From NCBI GenBank assembly GCA_951406725.2, contig OX597819.1, positions 32,054,001 through 32,118,000 on the forward strand: a DNA stretch of 64,000 bases. Direction: 5' to 3'. The position numbers and the translations under genes are program-made. This DNA is from Octopus vulgaris. Lineage: Eukaryota. A model generated the notes under the pieces. It searched no databases, was not told the origin of the DNA, and saw only the letters and a list, made by a program, of their open reading frames with translations. Each line of letters starts with the position of its first letter. Within the stretch, counting starts at the first letter, position 1. Below, one piece after another: positions 10,880-23,397 of the stretch.

Positions 10880-12780
10880 TTTCTTTTTGTTCTGCCAAAT
10901 TGAAGTGTGGCAATTATTTCATTGTTTGATTGCTTTACTAATTGGTTGATTGAAGAATTGGATTGTTTCAATCGAAGTTAATGGTTTGTTTTTAATAAAT
11001 AATTCTAGAGGATTCAGGAGTGTTGAGGTGATGGCTGGCTGATGCAGTTGATGACATTTCGATTGTTTAATCTAGTTTATATTCCAAGTAAGCTGATACC
11101 ATTAATCTCACTAGTTTTAAATATAAATATAAAAGTTGACATCAGATAATGGACAGTACTAACAACACGGGGAATATCAACTGCGACTGTAATATTCTAG
11201 AATAACGTATGTATAGTAATAGCCGCAGTAACAATATTAAAATGAGTTTGGTGTAACATGCCTAGCCAGAAAGGAGTAAAGTAAATGGTGTTGGGTTCTA
11301 ATCACAGACGTTTACATCGTTCGACCAAACCAAGAGAAATAAGGAGTCAGTCTGTTTATATAGACAACACATCCAGTAGCTTCAGAGAACTGGGTGCTAC
11401 TAATTTGCATACTATAACAGGTGCTAAGATTACTTCTACAGGTGTTAAGGTTACCTCTACTGGTGGTAAGGTTACCTCTACAGGTGTTAAGGTTACTTCT
11501 ACAGGTGTTAAGGTTACCTCGACAGGTGTTAATGTTACCTCTACAGGTTTTAAGGTTACCTCTACAGGTGTTAAGGTTACCTCTACTGGTGTTAAGGTTA
11601 CCTCTATAGGTGTTAAGGTTACTTCTACAGGTGTTAAGGTTACCTCTACTGGTGTTAAGGTTACCTCTACAGGTGTTAAGGTTACCTCTACTGGTGTTAA
11701 GGTTACTTCTACTGGTGTTAAGGTTACCTCTATAGGTGTTAAGGTTACCTCTACTGGTGTTAAGGTTACCTCTACAGGTGTTAAGGTTACCTATACAGGT
11801 GTTAAGGTTACCTCTACATGTGTTAAGGTTACCTCTACAGGTGTTAAAGTTACCTCTACAGGTATTAAGGTTACTTCTACAGGTGTTAAGGTTACTTCTA
11901 CTGGTGTTAAGGTTACCTCTACAGGTGTTAAGGTTACTTCTACAGGTGTTAAGGTTACCTCTACTGGTGTTAAGGTTACTTCTACAGGTGTTAAGGTTAC
12001 CTCTACAGGTGTTAAGGTTACCTCTACAGGTGTTAAGGTTACTTCTACTGGTGTTAAGGTTACCTCTATAGGTGTTAAGGTTACTTCTACAGGTGTTAAG
12101 GTTACCTCTACAGGTGTTAAGGTTACTTCTACTGGTGTTAAGGTTACCTCTACAGGTGTTAAGGTTACCTCTGCAGGTGTTATGGTTACCTCTACAGGTG
12201 TTAATGTTAGCTTTACAGATTCTGTATAGAAATTATTGCCAACAGTGATTTTGTTACAACGTTTTATATACTTTCTAGTATATTATATTTTGCACAGGGA
12301 AATATGGTGTCCCTACACGTCATTGGCAATAGGTGTGTACTATAAGTGCTAAGTTTAGTTTACCAGTAAATCTCCGGTTTGAAGTATAACTAAGAATAGG
12401 TTGTGTTGAAGCTGCTTGTAAAAGATGGCTAGAACTGGTTCATCCTTGAGCGGGTAGATATATATTTAAAAGAAAAAAGAGAATGAACCAGCAAAGCGTA
12501 TGGTATCTTTTTTTAACCAATTCTCTCAAAATGTAATTATTTACGCCGACGTTACCCCCTTGATTTGGAAAGAAGAAAATCATTGATTCTTTGAATTCAA
12601 AAGGTTTATTGAGCCTATTTTATTGAATCTATTTATATGAAGCTATTTAGGTGTCCATTACATTGGACAGATGCAGTGTTGCCGCAAGAAAATTTTCTCC
12701 TGTAACAAGGAACACGTTTTTTATGTAATTTTACTTAAGCCTAGTGAGTCTTCATTTCCCCCAAGAATTTCATTTTTACT
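10880..12780 (-). pseudogene. Possible heavily degraded N-terminal part of a Penelope-like ORF surrounding the minisatellite
   Basis: Hand translation of the minus strand gives LLQEKIFLRQHCI...PK*LHI (~12720-12630) and NVINCISQP (~11060-11030), resembling PLE N-terminal FL..C...PK.L and VINLS motifs; many stops. Confidence 0.3.
11417..12207. repeat. 21-bp minisatellite (ACAGGTGTTAAGGTTACCTCT), about 37-38 units
   Basis: Directly visible; translates as (TGVKVTS)n in ORF 11285-12229. Confidence 0.97.
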
Positions 12781-12890
12781 CCGTTTAGGGTAATTTACCC
12801 CGGTTTAAACATAGTACGGAGTAGTTATAATAAATAGCTAAAGTATCTTACAGCTGTTTCTAGAATTATTAAGCACGTGGATCTTATATT

Positions 12891-13270
12891 GGAAGCACTC
12901 CGTCGGTTACGACGACGAGGGTTCCGGTTGATCCGAATCAACGGAACAGCCTGCTCGTGAAATTAACGTGTAAGTGACTGAGCACTCCACAGACACGTGT
13001 ACTCTTAACGTAGTTCTCGGGGATATTCAGCGTGACACAGAGAGTGACAAGGCCGGCTCTTTGAAATACAGATACAACAGAAACAGGAAGTAAGAGTGAG
13101 AGAAAGTTGTGGTGAAAGAGTACAGCAGGGATCACCACCATCCCTGCCGGAGCTGCGTGGAGCTTTAGGTGCTTTCGTTCAATAAACACTCACAACGCCC
13201 GGTCTGGGAATCGAAACCGCGATCCTACGACCGCGAGTCCGCTGCCCTAACCACTGGGCCATTGCGCCTC
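12891..13270 (-). mobile_element. SINE family C (tRNA-Arg-like head), full length
   Basis: Minus head gaggcgcaatggcccagtggttagggcagcggactcgcg...ggtttcgattccc; flanking duplication ttatatt; copies at 36951 and 54505. Confidence 0.88.
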
Positions 13271-13560
13271 TTATATTATTGAGTAAAGGTTTCCACGTCA
13301 GCTATGTATTCGGAGAGTAAGAAATAAGGAATATCCTTAATCCAGAATATTATTAGTTATCAGTTCATTGACAGCTAACATAGTCAGCTAACACGGAAAT
13401 CATAACGCAATAAAATAAGATCCACATGTTTAGCTAATCTCGAAACAGCCGTAAAAGACTTTACCTATTTGCTATAAGTATTCAGCACTATGTGTAAATT
13501 ATAAATCAACTACTCTAAAGTGATACAATATACTTTGCTTGTTGCTCTTCGGCTTTTAAT

Positions 13561-13599
<39 letters not shown>

Positions 13600-13739
13600 G
13601 AGGAAGTCAAACTGTTAGTATGACTAAATAACAATAAGAACTGCAAAAATGATAATGAAAAAAAGATTGTAAGAAATTTATAAGTCTTAAGGAATAAAGT
13701 AACGAGTGATGGGAATATGGACGTTTTTGGAAACACAGC

Positions 13740-13740
13740 A

Positions 13741-13804
<64 letters not shown>

Positions 13805-13805
13805 T
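13740..13805. repeat. (ACT)n microsatellite
   Basis: Direct. Confidence 0.97.
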
Positions 13806-13944
13806 AACAAAAACAACCACAAGTGAAGACAATTGAAAACAGAGCAAGTACTGCAATTACTACAAGAACAAGATATCCCAGACAGTAAGGCAGTCAACAA
13901 TAACAATATGGCTGAGAGCAGTTTTAAATATAAATATAACTGCG

Positions 13945-13976
<32 letters not shown>

Positions 13977-14478
13977 ACTCATTACTACCAGACATAATCA
14001 CAAAAAATAACAACAACAGCGGCAGGAGTAGCTGCAACAGCAACAGCAGCAACAACAAAGGTATATTACATAGCAACACCAACCACAGAGCGAACCGAAA
14101 GATCAATACATCACTTTTGGTGGAATACTCTACGCAGTCGGTCTACCTGCTAGAAATAGCAGTCAAATTTCCTTAAAAATTGTTCCTTGTTTTTTTTTTT
14201 ATTAGGAAAAAAAAAAAGACTGAGTTGATATGTATTCGTAGATAAACAAAAAATGACGGGATAGTCATGGATGAAACGCCTTTGATCCTAGATAAGCTCA
14301 ATCAGAGATGACCTAGAGTCAAACAACAACAGCAGGAACAACAACAACAACAACAACATAAACAAATACTATAAGCCAGAACGCTATTGTCAACTTCATG
14401 ACCATCAGCATCAGCATCAGCAACATCAACAGCATTAAATCTGTAGAAACATTAACGAAAGCAAAGCGCATTTAGCAA

Positions 14479-15011
<533 letters not shown>

Positions 15012-15542
15012 ACAGCGATTCACTACAACATCAACAGTAGCAATTGTATATTTGACGATGCAGGAGATAACTGTAGAATGTCTTTTCTTTTTTATTGTTA
15101 TTTTTCTCTCTCTTTAACATTAAACTGATGTGATATTGATTTTCAACGATGTGAAGTTATGATAAATCTATTTTATCAGGTAATAAAAATATAATCGCTA
15201 ATTGATGTGATATAATAACCACTTTCAAGAAGATATCATAACATACAATCATACGCTAAAATATGATAACAAGATATGCGTTATTTGAAATTTATGATGC
15301 AACTATTGTCTTAAGCTGAGATATGATCTGACCCTTTTATCAAAACATACGCCTAATCTTTTTGTGAACATGTCCTATACGAAGATATGATATAACGAGA
15401 GTCTATAAATAGAATATGACTCGTTTATAAAGAAATGATAACGGATTAAAAAAGAAAAAAAAACCCGGATATTACTAAATTATATGGACAGGGATAATGA
15501 TGTCATTATTTATATTAACTAATGATGTCACAATGTATATAT

Positions 15543-15819
15543 TCTTTCTTTTACTTGTTTCACTCATTTGACTGCGGCCATGCTGGAGCACCGCCTTAAA
15601 GGAATTTTTAGTCGAAGATATCGACCCCAGGATATATTCTTTGTAAGCCTAGTACCTATTCTATCGGTCACTTTTTTGGCCGAACTGTTAAGTTACAGGG
15701 GCGTAAACACACCAGCATCGGTTGTCAAAGGATAGTGATGGTGGGACAAACACACACACACAATTATATATATATGTATGAATGATATGTATATGTATAT
15801 ATGTATATGTATATATGTA

Positions 15820-15892
<73 letters not shown>

Positions 15893-16872
15893 CAGAGACG
15901 AATCCAGGTCATCAGCATCACTCGGGCTTATCACATAAGACACATGCCTGCTTGAAGAGTTTCACGTTTTTTCGCTTTATTTCTAGCCCCAAATGGCTTA
16001 TTTTTTATATTTAACACTATGTATTTCTCCATTTCTAAGTTAAGTGTAAAAATAAAGCAACTCTGCAAAACACAACTGATCTTTACACACAGATGCACAG
16101 AATAACACCAATCAGATAACCGCAACCGGAGTGTACAACAAACATCAGTGATCTGAGTGTCGCCTATACTCTTGACAAAAGATGCCAGTTAATCTTTTAT
16201 ACCTACCAGGCTTGTTTGTATTCGCCCGAGTTGCTGGATAATTTTTCGTTCCTTTAAGAATATTGTAGAACAGAAAATTAGCAAAGATTGGAATTTAAAT
16301 CCTAATCTCTACAGAAATTTATTGTTTCAAGAAAACATTGAATTTGAATTACCTTTAATTTTTACGGTTATAGATAACAACTTGAGCTGTAATTTCTGAG
16401 CCAGAGTCAGGCGCATGTGAACAATGTCGAGAGAACGTCTGCTACGAATGATATTACTTGACAAAGGGCAACTCTAAGATGACTGCACGACGCTGAACAA
16501 AAATAAACGAACAACGATCAGGCTCAATAGAAGGAACCCGAGTTATTGGCTGCAGTTTACACACTTGCAGTCAGTGTTGGCAGAAATTAAATCAGTTTGC
16601 AAATACATGTTCACTTTACTAAATTTATACGCGGGCTAAGCTCGAACAGCCCGAGTGCCGGAGTCGCTACTGATATACGTACACACACACACACACACAC
16701 ATGTATATGTATGACGGGTTTCTTTCAGTTTCCGTCTACCAAATCCACTCACAAGGCTTTGGTCGGTCCTAGGCTATATTAAAGGACACTTGCCCCTAAT
16801 GCCACCCAGTGGGAATGAATCCGGAATCATGTGGTTGGGAAGCAAGCTTCTTACCACACAGCCACGCCTGTG
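15543..16872 (-). mobile_element. SINE family A split by an ~790-bp insertion in its internal (TA)n
   Basis: 3' half at 15543-15770; 5' half resumes at 16712-16872. Confidence 0.7.
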
Positions 16873-16879
16873 CTTTCAT

Positions 16880-17258
16880 CTTTTAATTGTTTCAGTCATT
16901 AGACTGCGGCCAAGCTGGGACTGCTCTGAAGAATGTTAGTTGAGCGAATCGACCCCAGTACTAACTTTTTTGAAAGGCTGGCACTTAGTCTATCAGTCTC
17001 TTTCACCAGACCGCCAAGTTATAGGGACGTAAACAAGCCAACACCGGTTGTGAAGCGATGGTGAGGGACAAATACAGACACAAACTCACACACACACACA
17101 CAACGGGCTTTCTTCAGTTTTCGTTAACCAAATCCACTCACAAGATTTTGTTCGGCCCGAGGCTATAGTAGAAGACACTTACCCAAGATGTCTCGCAGTG
17201 GGACTGTAACCGGCAACTATGTGGTCGTGAAGTAAACTTCTTATCACACAGCTACGCT
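16880..17258 (-). mobile_element. SINE family A, diverged
   Basis: Homology to head and tail. Confidence 0.75.
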
Positions 17259-17519
17259 AAATGTGGCAGATTGATGGCAAGTTCTTGCCACTGAGTACTT
17301 TTTCCGGATTAACAGTACCAGTTTCTTCTTGAAACGTATCTGTAATGGTACTGGAAAACTGGCTACCCGACCTGCTAAAAATATTAGCTAGTTCTTCATG
17401 AAATTGCAGCCTACTGTCTTAAAGCAGAGAACGACACGCTAGATAATGCAGATCTAAATATAAAAAAAAATGTTGGAAAGGTCACAATAAGAATACCCTT
17501 AATCATAGGTTACCTGGAT

Positions 17520-17930
17520 CATCTATGTTGTTACTTTAACTAATAACTATCATGGTTTCTTAATTTGTAGATCTGTTGTCTTAACTGGTAAAATTATGAG
17601 CTAAAAGCTATGTAACCATAACCAGTTATTCTATTCTATGTAATTGTTGTGTTAACCGATAGCTGTATCATGGTGTTTTTTTATTGTCTTAACTAGTAGC
17701 GGTGTTGTGCTAACTAGTGAATCTGTTGTTTTAACTAGTATTTGTGCTGCTGTGTTAACTGGTAATTGCTTCGTTGAATTGTTGTCTAAATTAGTATATC
17801 CATTGTCTTAACTGATGCTCTCTTAACTAGTAGGTTTGTTTTCTTAACTAGAAGACCTATTGCCTTAACTAATGGTTGTGTTATCTAAATTAATAGCTGT
17901 TCTTGTCTTAACAGCTGTGTTGTTACCGGT
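17520..17930. repeat. Degenerate ~22-25-bp repeat (tgttgtcttaactagta)
   Basis: Recurrent ttaacta/ttaactg motif. Confidence 0.6.
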
Positions 17931-18086
17931 TTATTCATAATTTCTCTTAGACTCCGTGATTTTGGTAGGAGGCTTTCAATTTTTCTACTGATTTACATGT
18001 ACAAACACTAAAACACATACACACATACACACACACATATACACACACAGCTACACAGACACATGTATATATATATATATATATAT

Positions 18087-18300
18087 ATTTCTTTACTACC
18101 CACAAGGAGCTAAACATAGAGAGGACAAACTAGGACTGGCAAAGTAATTAAGTCGATCACATCGACCCAGTGCGAAACTGGTACTTTATTTATCGACCTC
18201 GAAAGGATAAACGGCAAAGTCGGCCTCGGCGGAATACGACAGATGAAATACCGCTAAGCATTTCGCCCAGCGCACTAACGTTTCTGCCAGCTCGCCGCCT
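18087..18300 (-). mobile_element. SINE family B
   Basis: tttctttactacccacaagg...tttctgccagctcgccgcc. Confidence 0.8.
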
Positions 18301-18373
18301 CAACGGTGGTGCATCAGCATGGCCGTAGCTCTGAGCTGAAACTAGAGAGAAAGTATATATATATATAAACATA

Positions 18374-18768
18374 GGCGCAGGAGTGGCTGTGTGGTAAGTA
18401 GCTTGCTAACCAACCACATGGTTCCGGGTTCAGTCCCACTGCGTGGCATCTTGGGCAAGTGTCTTCTGCTATAGCCCCGGGTCGACCAATGCCTTGTGAG
18501 TGGATTTGGTAGACGGAAACTGAAAGAAGCCTGTCATATATATGTATATATATATATATAAGTGTGTGTGTATATGTTTGTGCGTCTGTGTGTCTGTGTT
18601 TGTCCCCCTAGCATTGTCCCCGTCACTAAGCGGTTCGGCAAAAGAGACCGATAGAATAAGTACTGGGCTTACAAAGAATAAGTCCCGGGGTCGAGTTGCT
18701 CGACTAAAGGCGGTGCTCCAGCATGGCCGCAGTCAAATGACTGAAACAAGTAAAAGAGTAAAAGAGTA
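18374..18768 (+). mobile_element. SINE family A, young, small internal deletion
   Basis: Pol III A/B-box-like head, internal (TA)/(TG), tail (gtaaaaga)2. Confidence 0.88.
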
Positions 18769-19529
18769 TGCAAACGTAGACATACACGCATATACACGAA
18801 AACATATCTAAATAAGTATACGAATACATACATATGTATATGACCAACAAATAAATTAAAGTGCCCCTAAACTTCCACGTGGTGATAGGAAAATGTTAAT
18901 TATGCCGTACTTGTACGAAAGGTATCATCCACCCCATCATCCGCTCTCTAGAAATGTTCGCAAGTTACTATCGTCTCGTGAGATACGACAATGACGTTAA
19001 AATCATACGCCATGCTATACGCTGGAAGAAATGTCCTGAAGGCCTTACCCAAGGCATACCAGAACCAAAATGTATCCACACCTTTAAAAATTAATATAAA
19101 AAAATGACCGATGACACATTCCAATAAAAATATTAACCCTTTGTAAACGTTACAGAGCAGATAATATTATTTGGGACATGGAGAAAAACACGCTGTTTGG
19201 GAGAGATGAATTGTGTAGTGGATGAGGATGTCACGCCATATATTGAGGTAAAAGAAGGAGAACATGCGTATTGAAGAAATGAGGAACTCCCAACTCTTGT
19301 CTTTCATGTTTTATCTGTTATTTGTTTCAGCCATTAGATTGCGGCCATGCTGAGCACTGCCCTGAGAAATGTCTTTTAGTCGAATGAAATGGCCCAGTAG
19401 TTATTTTTCTTTTAAGTGTGGTTCTTAATCAGTCGAGGTCTTTTGTTGAACTTAGAGCAACACCGCTTGTGAAGCGGTGGTAGGAGATGAACAGACTTAA
19501 AAACACACGCACATAGGTATATATATGTA

Positions 19530-19735
19530 TATAGTTAATCCAAACATGAAAACACAAAGAGAAAACACAACAACACGAGGACGTGGAACAAGTATAGTAT
19601 TATTGGACGCACAGGAAAGAAGGAAAGAAGGAGGGTTTAACGTTTCGAGCGGAGCTCTTCATCAGAAACATAGGAAAAGGAAAGATCCGAAGAAGGGAAG
19701 ACGGAGGAAAAAAAATCACCAACCGTCATACGCGG
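19530..19735 (-). mobile_element. PLE terminal-repeat-like fragment containing a minimal hammerhead
   Basis: Homologous to 62358-62545 and related to the 3' end of the PLE at 25200-25645; flanked by (TA)n. Confidence 0.6.
19635..19669 (-). ncRNA. Minimal type I hammerhead ribozyme motif
   Basis: Minus strand GTTT-CTGATGA-A-GAGC-tcc-GCTC-GAAAC-GTT-AAAC: intact core, stems I and II pair, stem III is palindromic ACGT. Confidence 0.7.
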
Positions 19736-19789
19736 TTGGTAGACCGTATGTATGTATATATATATATATATATATTTATATATAAATTA

Positions 19790-20520
19790 ATAAATAAATA
19801 AAATATATGCATATATACATACATATATGTACGTACCTACCTCTACATGTATATATACATGCATATATGGGTACAGGACACCAAAAAAACGTCGAACACA
19901 TAAACATAAACACAAAACCAAGGAAATGGACATTTTTTTAAAACAACGAAAAAATAGAGTACAGGACATACAAAGCAAGGAAAATTCCCCTTCTTCAGTC
20001 GCCTTAATTTCATCTACTCCAGGTTTCGAAGGTCAAGGCGATACATGTCTTCAATGAAATTTTCCTTCCCGCGAAAATCAAATTAAATAAAATTTGAGAT
20101 TTTTTTGCGGAGGGGTAAAAATGGTAACAAAAACAGGATAGTAACGACAGTACAAAATATAAACAGTAAAAGACAGGACACGGAGAATAACAGTAACACA
20201 AACAAGAAGGGCTGTTAAGACAAACGAGATAAAAAAATTTTGCGAACGCTATTGTTTGAGACGCGAGAGAGAACAGATTAACGTCTCTACTTGACGGAGT
20301 CCAAGAAAGAAAAGACAGAAATAGCCGTATCATTACGTGACCGCGACGGGAGGGAGGAGGAGGAGTAAGAGAAGGGGAGAGAAAAGAAGAGAGAAAAGAT
20401 GGGGAATGGTGGTAGAGAAAAAGAAAAGAATGAAGAATGAGAGAGAGAGGGAGAGAGAGAGACAGTAAGTGGAAGAAAAGGAAAGCCCAAATAATGAAGG
20501 CTGAGAAAGGGAGAGGATAT
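19790..20520 (-). mobile_element. Putative PLE 3' region (CT-rich tract, structured motif, tail, (TA)n)
   Basis: Same layout as 24550-25660; tail homologous to 35263-35490 and 55512-55690. Confidence 0.5.
19983..20079 (-). ncRNA. Candidate permuted hammerhead-like structured RNA
   Basis: GTA, GAAA and CTGAAGA occur in that order, with complementary pairs GAAGG/CCTTC, ATTTCATT/GATGAAAT and TCGCCTT/AAGGCGA. Confidence 0.45.
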
Positions 20521-20542
20521 ATACATACGGTCTACCAACTGA

Positions 20543-20854
20543 CAGGACTTATTCTTTGTAAGCCCAGTACTTATTCTATCGGTCTCTTTTGCCGAGCCGC
20601 TAAGTTACGGGGACGTAAACACACCAGCATCGGTTGTCAAGCAATGCTAGGGGGACAAACACAGACACACAAACACACACACATATATATATACGACAGG
20701 CTTCTTTCAGTTTCCGTCTACCAAATCCACTCACAAGGCTTTGGTCGGCCCGAGGCTATAGTAGAAGACACTTGCTCAAGGTGCCACGCAGTGGGACTGA
20801 ACCCGGAACCATGTGGTTGGTTAGCAAGCTACTTACCACAGAGCCATTCCTGCG

Positions 20855-20856
<2 letters not shown>
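20543..20856 (-). mobile_element. SINE family A, 3'-truncated
   Basis: Homology to family A. Confidence 0.85.
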
Positions 20857-20894
<38 letters not shown>

Positions 20895-21473
20895 ATCTAA
20901 TTAAATCAATGATATGAAACCCTCTCAAAGGTATGTCAGCATCCAAGTTCCCCAGTTTTATCCAGTGTATCAGAGAAAAACCTAAGATGTTAACTTCGCA
21001 TTGATGGATATGGCTATTTTATTGATTAAATAATATTGATAAAATAAAACGGTGAAATTGAGATACAGACATCAAATTATTAGAACATAGAAAAACAAAC
21101 TCTTAGCACCTACAACTGTCTCTATGCCCAATTAATTCAATTTGAAAAATTAAATTCAATCAAATTAAATGAAGTTAAAGTTTCCTATAGAATATAGCTA
21201 ATTGGACATTTAGTCAGGGGAAGAATTTGATAGAAAGGAGCAACATTCTAATGTGTTGGTAAATCCTTGATAGACTCAGATATGTGAGATTTTGCATCCA
21301 ATGTATTTAAAAAAATACATCCAATGTATTTTAATTTAATGTAATTTAAATTAATTTTTCAAATTTCATTAATTGGGTATGGAAACAATTGTAAGTGCTA
21401 AGAGTTTTGTTTTGCTTGGATTTAAATATGTTCTAATAAATTGATGTCTATATCACAATTTCTCCGTTTCCTT

Positions 21474-21555
<82 letters not shown>

Positions 21556-21776
21556 GGTCTTCTTTCAATTACCTTCTATAAAATCCGCTCACAAAGCTTT
21601 GATCGGCATGAACCTTGAGTAGAAGACACTTGCCCAAGGTGCTACGCAGTAGGGCTGAACCCGGAACCATGTGGTTGGCAAGCAAGGTTCTTACCACATA
21701 ACCATATCTTGTATCTTATTTATATATAAATTTTCATCTGTATATATTATAAAGGCCGTTACTGGGTTGTTTGTGT

Positions 21777-21815
<39 letters not shown>

Positions 21816-23331
21816 CGTGTGTGTGTGTGTGTGTGTGTAAGTGCGTACGTATATTAGCTACACATTGTCTGACTAAAATAGTTCTACCATGGTCCTCTTT
21901 AGAATGCGTGAGTCATGAGATGCTGAGTAGCGACAGCGTGATTCTTTAACTTCGGATGGATCTAATAATAGAAAACACCTTATGTGACTGCGTTACCGTA
22001 TTCATCTGTAGTTAAACTTCTGTCACAAAAGAATGTGACCTTATCTGACGGACGCATTTTTTCATGTATTTATTTATTTATTCATTTGACCTTTCCTCGT
22101 GACATTAATATTTGGCAATAGTTATCGACGGTAACCATAAACAAAGATGTTCAAACTGTATTCACTAGGCCTGCAACAAACAGCAATCTAAATGTCCATC
22201 AAATCACATTCTATCATCTTAAAAAAAAAAAAAATCAGGGAAGGACACATTAAACATGGGAGTTCCTGATGTATAATTTAAAAAAATGAAAACCGGGATG
22301 GTCACGAGTGGAGCGTTTTTGACCATAGAGTTACCCGACACCACTGGCAACAACAAAGGAAATATTGACATTTTACTCGTAAAACAATGAAATGAAAATT
22401 GATCAAATGAATCAGAAGTTGAAAGTTGAATGTAAAAATACCCCGGATTGAAATAAGTATTATATTATGACACGGTCGCCATTTAAACGTAGTTTGTAAA
22501 GAGGTAATATTTATTTTATGGGTCGAATTCTCTAAACTTCTTTTAAATACTTTAACATACGTGTACACCAATTAAATTACATTATTCAACCACGTAAGAT
22601 ATTTTTACGGTTAACTTTTTAATGTCTTTCTTTAAATCTTTTTATTGTAAGGCGGTAAGTGGACATCAGTTTTTACAACGTAAGAACCATTTGGTTGACA
22701 TAAAAACCAACATTTCTAAACAATGTTATTTTACTTTTTATAAAATAAACAATATATTAAGACGTGATCAATATCAATTTAACAAATAAACGCATAAGCA
22801 AAGAAACGGAACACTTTTGTGACTATTGTTAATTTGATTTGTTTTGTTGCTGGTTGAAACATAATGATTCATAGGCCTGATATTCAACAGCGAATTCTAC
22901 TGAATTCTCTTGTATCTTCTCCCACTTGTTTCAGTCGATAGACTGCGGACATGCTGGGGCACCACCATGAAGAATTTCTAGTCGAATGAATTGACGCAAG
23001 TACTTGTTTATTTTAAACCCTGGTACTTATTCTATCGGTCTCTTTAGCCGAACCGCTAGTCAACTGGGACGTAAACACACAAGCACAGGTTGTCAAGCAG
23101 TGGTGTGGATCAAATGCAGATATAAACACATACATATTGATACGGTCGCAAATGCGGCGACGAAAAAGTTTTCTGGAATAAATAAAAGGAATAAATAAAT
23201 GAATAGAAATTAAACCAGTGTGTGTGTTATATCAAGGGACTATGACTATTACTGACTCTCTCCAGACATAACAAAATGTGTTTCAATACACGAATTCACA
23301 TAAGGAATCTTGATAACCAGATAGAAAAACG

Positions 23332-23395
<64 letters not shown>

Positions 23396-23397
<2 letters not shown>

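Noticed and set aside
11417-12207. CRISPR-like array
   Set aside because: Head-to-tail units without unique spacers; no cas genes; eukaryotic context.
18856-19087. TTAA-flanked element (piggyBac/Kolobok-like)
   Set aside because: Inverted similarity limited to about 6 nt in AT-rich DNA.
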